Position numbers and translations under genes: made by a program
The notes under the pieces: generated by a model
The model's database searches: none
What the model saw: only the letters and a program-made list of their open reading frames with translations
What the model was told of the DNA's origin: nothing
Shown here: positions 30,124-38,268 of the stretch, piece by piece
Layout of the letters: each line of letters opens with the position of its first letter
Numbering within the stretch: the stretch's first letter is position 1
Source of the DNA: an uncultured archaeon
GTDB lineage: Archaea > Thermoproteota > Nitrososphaeria_A > Caldarchaeales > Wolframiiraptoraceae
NCBI GenBank assembly: GCA_938083505.1
Contig: CALKCF010000007.1
Coordinates: 1 to 64,000, forward strand
Length of the DNA stretch: 64,000 nucleotides
Direction: 5' to 3'

Positions 30124-30168
30124 ATGTTTCTAAAACAATTATATTTTTAATTTTTTATGTGATGAGAT

Positions 30169-31329
30169 ATGCGCATACTTGTACTAGGCGGAGCAGGAAT
30201 AATAGGCTCAGAAGTAGCTGAACATTTAGTAAAATATCCAGATGTAGATGAAGTGATCCTAGGAGATATACTCATAGATAAGGCCGAAAAGCTGGCTAGT
30301 AAAATGAAGAAGGCCAAAGCTCTGAAGGTGGATGTAACAGACCGCCCATCACTGATCGCCCAGATGCAGAAGGCAGATGTCGTCGTAGGTTGTGTGGGAC
30401 CTTACTACAAATTTGGCGTACCCATAGTGAAGGCTGCAGTTGAAGCCGGTGTTAACTTTGTAGATATAATGGACGACCCCCTTCCTTCTAAGGAGGTTCT
30501 TGAGGACAAAGCGCTTTTTGACGAAGCAAATAGAAAGAACATCAGCGTCATCATAGGTCTCGGCTCAACACCGGGTCTTTCAAACGTTCTGGCAAAGTAT
30601 GGTGCATCGAAGCTTGACGAGGTTGAAAATATAGACGTATCATGGATTTTCACAACAGCAGCTGGTGTTGCTTCAGAAGCAGTTACTGCTCACATGTTTA
30701 ACGTCACCAGCGGAAAGGTGTTGACCTATGAAAACGGAAACTGGAAAGAAGTTATACCGCTGGTTAATGGAAAAGAAGTTCAGGACTTCCTCGAACTTGG
30801 TAACGTGGAAGTATACCATATAGGTCACCCAGAGCCTGTAACTATTCCAAGGTACATAAAGGCAAAGAACGTGACGTGCAAAGCCGGAATGGTGCCTAGC
30901 GAAGTCGTCGAGATTTATAGGCTGTTAAATAAGCTGCAACTACTACAGCTCGAGGCAATAAATGTTAAGGGTCTCAAGGTATCGCCAAGAGATTTCATCA
31001 TGGCGCGCTTTGCATCGTTACCAATGGATGTTGCAATGGAGCTTTTCAAATTCGATGTTGCAGAGCCCCTATTCGAGATGAGAGTGGCAGTCAGCGGGAA
31101 GAAGGGCAAAAACCCAGCAAAATATGTATACAAATTCTCTGACGTAGGGCACGAATTCGCCACGGCAATATCTGCTGTTATAGGTGCCATAATGTTAGGT
31201 CGCGGCCAAGTGAAGGCAAAAGGTGTCTTTGCTCCAGAAGGTTGCATAGACCCGGAGATCTTCTTAAAAGAAATTAAAGAAAATGGTGTTATAATACAAG
31301 AGTCGTATCAGACTTCAATGGAACTATAA
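30169..31329 (+). CDS. Saccharopine dehydrogenase-like NAD(P) oxidoreductase
   Basis: LGGAGIIG, CVGPYYKFG, GLGSTPGLSN, HPEPVTIP, GVFAPE. Confidence 0.88.
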   Translation: MRILVLGGAGIIGSEVAEHLVKYPDVDEVILGDILIDKAEKLASKMKKAKALKVDVTDRPSLIAQMQKADVVVGCVGPYYKFGVPIVKAAVEAGVNFVDIMDDPLPSKEVLEDKALFDEANRKNISVIIGLGSTPGLSNVLAKYGASKLDEVENIDVSWIFTTAAGVASEAVTAHMFNVTSGKVLTYENGNWKEVIPLVNGKEVQDFLELGNVEVYHIGHPEPVTIPRYIKAKNVTCKAGMVPSEVVEIYRLLNKLQLLQLEAINVKGLKVSPRDFIMARFASLPMDVAMELFKFDVAEPLFEMRVAVSGKKGKNPAKYVYKFSDVGHEFATAISAVIGAIMLGRGQVKAKGVFAPEGCIDPEIFLKEIKENGVIIQESYQTSMEL

Positions 31330-31331
31330 CA

Positions 31332-31637
31332 TTATTCAGACTCGGCTTTTTCCCTCGGTTCTGCTATAATAACAGCCTCTTCTTCCGGTATTTTGAATTC
31401 ACTCATTTTATTTTTGTTTATGAATACATAGCCTCTTTGTGCATCAGCGCTGTATGTAACGTTCGCTTTGAATAGGAGCTCACCTTCGTACACTACCTCT
31501 ATTAGTTCATTCTCAGGCACTTTAAGTAACGCCATGTACTTGTTGTTTATCTTAACCGAATTTTGCGGCACGTTCGGGTCACTTTTTGCCTTAAGCCATA
31601 CGAATTTCTGACCTGGTAGAACGCCCATACTATACAC
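31332..31637 (-). CDS. Stand-alone double-psi beta-barrel-like protein
   Basis: Two internal repeats VPQNSVKINNKYMALLKVPENELIEV and AQRGYVFINKNKMSEFKIPEEEAVII. Confidence 0.6.
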   Translation of the reverse strand: MYSMGVLPGQKFVWLKAKSDPNVPQNSVKINNKYMALLKVPENELIEVVYEGELLFKANVTYSADAQRGYVFINKNKMSEFKIPEEEAVIIAEPREKAESE

Positions 31638-31732
31638 CTACCTGTTCTTAGATGCATGAGAGGACAACTTTATATAAATTTATTCAAATTTTATAAAGGT
31701 TTTTTATCTAAAATGAACTCGGTCGGTGCTGT

Positions 31733-32560
31733 TTGGTTAGGGTAGCCGCAATACAGGCCAAGCCTTCCTACGGACTCTTCACCGAAAAGAACCTGCCTAG
31801 GGCGTTAGAGTTACTCGATAATATCGCGAAGATGGAGGTTGATATAGCCGCATTTCCAGAAGGTTACCCATCAACGGGTGAGAAAGAACTCTGCAAAAAA
31901 GCTCGCGAGATAGGCTCTTACATTATAGCCACGATGCTCCAGAAAACAGAGAACGGAAAGTACAGAAGCACATGTATACTCATAAGCCCCGAGGGCGAAG
32001 TAATAGGTAAGCAAGGTAAGACTACACTTCTTTGGGTATTCGAGGAAGGGCTTTTTGAGCCTGCAGACTCTCTGCCGCTACACAACACTATTCATGGTAA
32101 AGTAGGCATTCTGAGGTGTTCCGAGATAATCTATCCTGAGCCTATGTCGATCCTAAGTATGATGGGGGCTGACATCGTATTCGTTATTTCAAATTGGAAT
32201 GCGAACGTGATACATCTTTGGCACCGCATAATTTTGGTCCGATCTTGGGAGAACTGGATGCCTATAGTAGGTGTTAACACGGCCGAATGGACTAAATCGC
32301 GATTGGTTTATGGAGACTTCGAATTAGAGCCTAGGTACGGGGGATACAGTATAATTGTCGTGCCCGAAGATGTCGCGAACATTGACGAGTTCATCGTCAG
32401 ACCTTATAGCGGTGAAAATATGTTCACGGAAGAGAGGTTAATAAAGTCGAAAGCAGGTAAAGATGAGGAGATATTGGTTGCGGACATGGACTTGAAGCGA
32501 TACTCTGAGTTTAGATGGACTGTCTTCTTCAGGAATAGAAGGCTAAAATTCAACGTATAG
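31733..32560 (+). CDS. Carbon-nitrogen hydrolase (nitrilase superfamily)
   Basis: VAAIQ, AFPE (Glu), QGK (Lys), GILRCSE (Cys), GAD, RSWEN. Confidence 0.88.
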   Translation: MVRVAAIQAKPSYGLFTEKNLPRALELLDNIAKMEVDIAAFPEGYPSTGEKELCKKAREIGSYIIATMLQKTENGKYRSTCILISPEGEVIGKQGKTTLLWVFEEGLFEPADSLPLHNTIHGKVGILRCSEIIYPEPMSILSMMGADIVFVISNWNANVIHLWHRIILVRSWENWMPIVGVNTAEWTKSRLVYGDFELEPRYGGYSIIVVPEDVANIDEFIVRPYSGENMFTEERLIKSKAGKDEEILVADMDLKRYSEFRWTVFFRNRRLKFNV

Positions 32561-32596
32561 AAAAAAGTTTTTAAATAAAGGATATGTTTACATGCT

Positions 32597-33445
32597 GTGC
32601 CTAAGGTATACATACCACATCCAAAATATCCTACAGTATCTATAACTGGTAGTAATTGTGAGCTGAAGTGCGACTACTGTCGCGCTCTTGTCTTAAGAAC
32701 GATGGTGCAGATAGAGAACCCTGACAGATTTCTGTCCTTTTGTAAGAGGTTAAAGGAAAGAGGTGGTATTGGATGCTTACTCAGCGGTGGCTTCAACAAG
32801 GAAGGTAAGTTACCTTTTGAGCCATACATTGAAGCCATAAGGTATGCAAAAAAGGAGTTAGGTCTAACGCTCAGCATACATCCCGGCATATTAGATAAAG
32901 ATGATACAGCCAAGTTAAAGGATTCTGGAATAGATATAGCAGAATTCTACGTCGTTCTCAGCGAAAGCGTTCTAAGGAAAGTTATGCATACCAAATTATG
33001 TAAGGACGACGTATTGAAGGCACTCGATACAATTTACACCCATGGTCCGCGTTATATCTCGCCACATATAACGGTAGGCTCAGATTATGGCAAAATCTCT
33101 TGGGAATATGAGGCCATCGATGTGTTGAGAGACTATGACCCCTACGTTTTAATATTTCTAATATTGGTGCCGATAGAAGGCACACCCATGGCTCATGTTA
33201 AACCGCCTCCTATAAGCGATTTGATAGACCTTTTTTCTACTGCTAGGAAAAAATTGGAAAACACGGAACTTGTGCTGGGCTGCATGAGGGTTAGGGGTAG
33301 GTATACGCAGACGCTTGAAAACGAGCTAATATATAGGGGTCTAGTTGACAGGATAGCGGTACCCTACACATCAATCCCAGAACCGATTATCGAGACATGC
33401 TGCTCTCTTCCGGACAGTATCGCAATAAAACATGCACAAAGATAA
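32597..33445 (+). CDS. lipS1: Radical SAM protein, LipS1-type archaeal lipoyl synthase subunit
   Basis: SITGSNCELKCDYC radical SAM motif plus C-terminal LGCMR and TCCS, matching the GC(M/A)R and CC motifs of Thermococcus LipS1. Confidence 0.75.
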   Translation: MPKVYIPHPKYPTVSITGSNCELKCDYCRALVLRTMVQIENPDRFLSFCKRLKERGGIGCLLSGGFNKEGKLPFEPYIEAIRYAKKELGLTLSIHPGILDKDDTAKLKDSGIDIAEFYVVLSESVLRKVMHTKLCKDDVLKALDTIYTHGPRYISPHITVGSDYGKISWEYEAIDVLRDYDPYVLIFLILVPIEGTPMAHVKPPPISDLIDLFSTARKKLENTELVLGCMRVRGRYTQTLENELIYRGLVDRIAVPYTSIPEPIIETCCSLPDSIAIKHAQR

Positions 33446-33468
33446 ATAAAAAAATAATAGATGTTGTT

Positions 33469-34551
33469 TTATTTGAAGTAAGGTATCACCTTCTCGCCTA
33501 TGAGCTTTATCTGCTCTTCTAGTTTCCTAACGTCACCCGTTACGTAAAGGCCTACTAAGTCCTTTATGACGACGTTCTTCGCTCCAGCCTTTAGGAACTT
33601 CTCTATGCCTGCAATTACTTCGTCTGGTGTACCTACGGCTAAGAACTTCTCAGCTATTTTATCAGGCATAGCTTCTGCAGCTTTTCTTGGCATAGCGACT
33701 ACTTCCTCGACAGGTGGTGCTCTCTGGTAAGAGTAGTCTACGGTCTCAGGTATCGGCACTTCAAACCCGAGCTCTTTCAGAGTCTTTCTATGCGTTAGCA
33801 TTATGATCTCTGGCTTTATGGCGTCGACTACAGCCTTTCTCATGTTTGGGTCGTCAGTTACTGCAGTATAGATAAAGGCGATCTTGTCTATAGCTTCAAA
33901 GTCCCTTCCTGCCTTCTTTGCGGCATCCTTTATTATCTCCAGCCTTTTCTGATAGAGTTCCGGTGTGGCAAGCCAAGGTTTCCAACCATCAGCAACTTCG
34001 CCTACTAACCTAAGAGACTTGGGAGATCCCAATGCGCCTACATAGATAGGTGGTGCGGGCTTCTGCACAGGAACTTGGTCTATCCAAGCGTTCTTAAGCT
34101 TATAAAACTTCCCCTCAAAATTAACAGGACTTGCCCTACTGGACTTCCATGAGAGCCTGATCACTTCTATGGCTTCCTTCAACCTTGAAACCCTCGTTTC
34201 TGGATCCTCCCACGGTAAACCGTATGCCACTATGTTCATAGCTTCACCGGCTCCGAGTCCGAGTATTGTCCTACCACCAGTCAGCTCGTCAAGCGTAGCG
34301 GTAATATGCGCAACTTTTGTCGGATGCGCCCTAATAACATCCGTCACATCTGTTGCAAGCCTCATGTTCTTTGTTTGTGCGCCTATAGCGGTGAGTGTTA
34401 CCCAGGGGTCAACTTTGTCGCCCGAGGGTGGCATGTCCGTATAATGGTCTGGAACCCATGCAGACGTAAAACCATATTTTTCGGCAAGTACACCTGCATA
34501 TACTAGATCCGCCACAGGTAGAACAGTTAGGTGTATGCCAAACTTTACCAT
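33469..34551 (-). CDS. LLM-class (probably F420-dependent) oxidoreductase
   Basis: AEKYGFTSAWVPDH, TLDELTGGRTILGLGAGE, PPIYVGALG, GEVADGW, GTPDEV. Confidence 0.88.
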   Translation of the reverse strand: MVKFGIHLTVLPVADLVYAGVLAEKYGFTSAWVPDHYTDMPPSGDKVDPWVTLTAIGAQTKNMRLATDVTDVIRAHPTKVAHITATLDELTGGRTILGLGAGEAMNIVAYGLPWEDPETRVSRLKEAIEVIRLSWKSSRASPVNFEGKFYKLKNAWIDQVPVQKPAPPIYVGALGSPKSLRLVGEVADGWKPWLATPELYQKRLEIIKDAAKKAGRDFEAIDKIAFIYTAVTDDPNMRKAVVDAIKPEIIMLTHRKTLKELGFEVPIPETVDYSYQRAPPVEEVVAMPRKAAEAMPDKIAEKFLAVGTPDEVIAGIEKFLKAGAKNVVIKDLVGLYVTGDVRKLEEQIKLIGEKVIPYFK

Positions 34552-34620
34552 AACATTTCGGAAAAAAATTGGTCAATTAGTTTAATAAGTCTTTCCGTTT
34601 TTTCTTATATAAAATCTAAA

Positions 34621-35787
34621 TTATTGCTTCCCTTTTTCAACTTTTGAGATAATAGCGATACATGCCATCGCAGCGGCCATTAGGGCTTGGAGAAGGAAGC
34701 TTTCTCGTAGACCTATCGTCTCGGATACATATCCGGCTAGCAATGGACCGCATGCAAAACCAAGACCGAATATGCCCTCATATATGCCTACGACAAAGCC
34801 GTACTTCTCTGCAGGCGTGTTACGGGTTAGCGCATTAAAGAGTAAGGAGGTAAAGTAGCTTAACGTTGCAGCATAAATTGCAACTGCAGCATAAAAAACG
34901 GCCAGGGATGGGAAGTGTGCTATTAAAAGCATAGGGATGGCAAAAAGCGCTGAGGCTATCGTGAAGGCAAACTTCGGCGGTGACTTAACAATCTTTCCTA
35001 CAACTAAAAATGACAGTAATCTGGCAAGGCTGAAGACTGTGAATATCGTGCCAACGTAGAACTCGCTTATTCCTAATCTCCAAGCATAGTTGGGAAATAT
35101 AACTAAGAGTGTCGCGTAGACCATTGACTGGATAATGAGCATGCTATAGAATGGTGCGAGTTTAAGAAGAGAAAATTCACCATATTCCCACTTCTCATTC
35201 AAATTCTTTTGCTCCAAGGTTTTCGGTTGCCTTAGTGCAAGGACCAGCGGTATCGCAACCACTAATATTGCCAAGGATAGCCAGAATGCGGTATATATGC
35301 CGAAACTCTCAGCTATGTAGCCTCCGATACTGGGTCCGAGCAGAAAGCCGGCGTTCCACGAGACGCTATAGAATGCAAACGTCCTGATCCTATTCTGAGC
35401 TGTTGAACTAGAAGCAACCATAGTTTCTCCTACAGGCCAGTAGAAGACAAATGCCAGACCGATCAGAAACTGAGCGGCGATAATTCCAGGTACGCTCCTA
35501 ATCAGTGAGACAACCATGTAAAAAATTGCAGCCATTATAGGACTAACCAAGTACAACTTAACTTTGTCGACGCCCGCCAAAAAATGTCCGACAAGAGCGG
35601 GTAGGAAGGTATATGGCAATGCTCTCACGAAGCCGAGCGCTCCTATCTCTATATAAGATGCGCCAAGAACCTCAGCCTGTATGGGGATAAAGTATAGACC
35701 AGAAGATATGCCAAGTCCTATGACGAATGTGGAAGTGCTGAGCAGCCGCAGGAACGTTGCAGATTCTTTTAGCGTAAATTCACCCAA
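34621..35787 (-). CDS. MFS transporter
   Basis: About 12 hydrophobic segments; GFLLGPSIGG and GFACGPLLAG repeats. Confidence 0.88.
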   Translation of the reverse strand: MGEFTLKESATFLRLLSTSTFVIGLGISSGLYFIPIQAEVLGASYIEIGALGFVRALPYTFLPALVGHFLAGVDKVKLYLVSPIMAAIFYMVVSLIRSVPGIIAAQFLIGLAFVFYWPVGETMVASSSTAQNRIRTFAFYSVSWNAGFLLGPSIGGYIAESFGIYTAFWLSLAILVVAIPLVLALRQPKTLEQKNLNEKWEYGEFSLLKLAPFYSMLIIQSMVYATLLVIFPNYAWRLGISEFYVGTIFTVFSLARLLSFLVVGKIVKSPPKFAFTIASALFAIPMLLIAHFPSLAVFYAAVAIYAATLSYFTSLLFNALTRNTPAEKYGFVVGIYEGIFGLGFACGPLLAGYVSETIGLRESFLLQALMAAAMACIAIISKVEKGKQ

Positions 35788-35875
35788 TTTCGTGTGCCCT
35801 TTAAGTACTGCTGTGATTAAAATGTTTTCAGTTCAAGTATAACTATGAAGAGAATCATGTAAAAATTCTAAATTT

Positions 35876-36580
35876 TCAAACGAAAGCAAACCGTCTTGCT
35901 TTCTTGAACACATTGTTCAACATGTTCTGCGTCAACCTACCAGTCTGCGTGTTTTGTCTGCTAGGATGATAGGCTGCGATGATTAGAGGTGCAGCTCTAC
36001 CGAACAACTCTCCTTCAAACTTGTAAACAGCACCATGCAAAAACTTCGGGGAAGGTCTGGGTATTCTAACACCTAATTCCGATAAGATTCTCACACAACT
36101 ACGGAACGCTATCATGCCGAGCGCAACTATTACCCTCACATTTCTGAGAAGGAAGATCTCATTCTTTAGGTATACTAAACAATTCCTGATTTCTCCCTTA
36201 GAAGGCATGTTTTTGGGCGGGACGCACCTGACAACGGCTGTTAGGTAGACTCCCTCAAGCTTAAGCCCATTATCCTTATGAATGCTGTAAGGCTGAGATG
36301 CGTAGCCCGCAAAGTACAGCGCCCTCATCAAGGTATCAGCGGAACCATCGCCTGTGAACATCCTTCCGGTCCTGTTCCCTCCATGAGCAGCTGGTGCGAG
36401 TCCGACGACTAAGAGTCTAGCATTGGGGTCGCCGAAGCCTGGTATGGGTTTTGCCCAATACTCCTCGTTCAAATACCTCTTCGGCCGATTCTCAGCTACA
36501 TAACGCCTATAGAATACAAGCCTGGGACATTTGTTACATGAAATTATCGTTGCTATTAGTTCTTCTAAACTGTTTAGCAT
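35876..36580 (-). CDS. udgB: Uracil-DNA glycosylase family 5
   Basis: CNKCPRL, GLAPAAHGGNRTGRMFTGD, VRCVPPKN, YHPSRQN. Confidence 0.92.
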   Translation of the reverse strand: MLNSLEELIATIISCNKCPRLVFYRRYVAENRPKRYLNEEYWAKPIPGFGDPNARLLVVGLAPAAHGGNRTGRMFTGDGSADTLMRALYFAGYASQPYSIHKDNGLKLEGVYLTAVVRCVPPKNMPSKGEIRNCLVYLKNEIFLLRNVRVIVALGMIAFRSCVRILSELGVRIPRPSPKFLHGAVYKFEGELFGRAAPLIIAAYHPSRQNTQTGRLTQNMLNNVFKKARRFAFV

Positions 36581-36597
36581 GTAATATTCTCCGTTAC

Positions 36598-37236
36598 TTA
36601 ACGCCTAGTCAACTTTATGAACGGATTATCCCTCCTTTCAGTACCTATCGTTGTCAGTCTTCCATGCCCAGGATACACTACGTAATCATCTGGTAGAGAC
36701 ATCAACTTTTTGGATAACGAATTTACTAACTGCTCGCTGTTACCGCCGAGAAAATCCGTTCTGCCAACGGTACCAGCGAATAGTGTATCACCAGTAAACA
36801 CAAACCCATCACCTACTATTGATACGCTTCCGGGAGTATGTCCAGGAGTGTGTAAAACTCTAAGTAGATGCTGACCGATCTCCAGTACATATCCATCGTA
36901 CAGGTAGCCGTCCGGTTCGGCTATATTTGGGATGTTATCTCCTACATACTTCCTAGCAATTTTAGCGGCAATTTCTAATAACCATACATCATCCTTATGT
37001 ATCAAGAATTTACAATCAAGAGCGTCTCTAACGTAATTGGCTGCTAGTATGTGGTCAAAGTGTGCATGCGTGCCGCACAGGTAGCTGATCTTAACACTAA
37101 CTCTATCCACCAGCGCTACTATCTTGTCACCGTCGCCGCCGGCATCAACTATGATACCTTCATTTGTATCAGAATCGTATACAAGGTACGAATTGCTTGA
37201 AAGCGGTCCGACGACAACTTTCTCGACGCGCAGCAA
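36598..37236 (-). CDS. MBL-fold hydrolase (glyoxalase II/YcbL-like)
   Basis: THAHFDH, HTPGHTPG, FTGDTLF..GRTD, YPGHG. Confidence 0.92.
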   Translation of the reverse strand: MLRVEKVVVGPLSSNSYLVYDSDTNEGIIVDAGGDGDKIVALVDRVSVKISYLCGTHAHFDHILAANYVRDALDCKFLIHKDDVWLLEIAAKIARKYVGDNIPNIAEPDGYLYDGYVLEIGQHLLRVLHTPGHTPGSVSIVGDGFVFTGDTLFAGTVGRTDFLGGNSEQLVNSLSKKLMSLPDDYVVYPGHGRLTTIGTERRDNPFIKLTRR

Positions 37237-37256
37237 TGAGTATCACGCCCCGCATA

Positions 37257-38192
37257 TTAACCATAGACAAGCTCTTCCATTTCCTTATACTTTTTGAGTT
37301 TGGCCTCTATGAGTTCAACAATCTGACTCGGCCTTAGTATACCTTCCTCTGTTACGTAAGCCGTCACGAGCTCTACGGGCACAACCTCAAAGTATGGATT
37401 CCTTACCTTTATCTTTTGGGTAGGGAGCGATTCTGGCGGTAGTACCTCTTCGGTGACATGCTCCTCTTCCAGATACTCTAAGGTAGGTAGGGCTTTCCAT
37501 GTTGTGGAGACGACGTAGAGCGGCTTTCCTAAGAACCTACATGTGCATGCTAACTGGAGCGTACCAACTTTGTTAGTGAAAGAACCGTCCATAAGGATCG
37601 AATCTGCTCCGACAAGCGCAGCATCTGCCTCTTTCAGCATGTAACCGATTGCAGCATCTGTTGTTAGCACCGTGTCGATTCCCGATTCTGCTAAAGCCAC
37701 TGCCATCCTTCTACCTTCAAAGAGAGGTCTAGATTCTGCCACGTAAACCTTAATGTTCCTTCTAACCTCCTTAAGGACTGCCAACACTGATGAGCTATAA
37801 CTTAACGTTACAACACTGCCAAGTCCTGAAAGCAGTTTACGTCCAAACCTCCTAAGTCTTTCGACTGCAACATTATGTTCCTCGAGTACCGACATGGTTA
37901 TCTGTTTCAGCAGCTCTTTTAAGACGTGAGGGTTATCTACGTAACGTGAAGCCTCAACAAACTTGACCGCTACCTTAAACGCTGCGTTTTTCAAAGAGAA
38001 CATCGAAGGTCTGGAGTCTGCTATCTCTCGTGCCAACACGATAACTGATCGTCTGAGCGCATCCGCAGACTCTACGTATGCCGAATCTGCTAAAGTGATA
38101 AAGGCGTCCATAGCCCTGATGGTAAGCTCTGCCGATCCACTTTCCACATCGTTCTTTATCTTCCTGAGTATGCTCTCAAACTCTTGCTCCAA
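37257..38192 (-). CDS. eIF-2B alpha/beta/delta family protein
   Basis: SRPSM, TLSYSS, AESRPLFEG, VGADSI, NKVGT, NPYFE, TEEG. Confidence 0.88.
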   Translation of the reverse strand: MEQEFESILRKIKNDVESGSAELTIRAMDAFITLADSAYVESADALRRSVIVLAREIADSRPSMFSLKNAAFKVAVKFVEASRYVDNPHVLKELLKQITMSVLEEHNVAVERLRRFGRKLLSGLGSVVTLSYSSSVLAVLKEVRRNIKVYVAESRPLFEGRRMAVALAESGIDTVLTTDAAIGYMLKEADAALVGADSILMDGSFTNKVGTLQLACTCRFLGKPLYVVSTTWKALPTLEYLEEEHVTEEVLPPESLPTQKIKVRNPYFEVVPVELVTAYVTEEGILRPSQIVELIEAKLKKYKEMEELVYG

Positions 38193-38268
38193 ATATCACC
38201 TACCCAATCTAATCAACTCTCGTAATCTTAGATTAAAAGCTAGCGCTTTTGTGTTTACATTAGACTGA

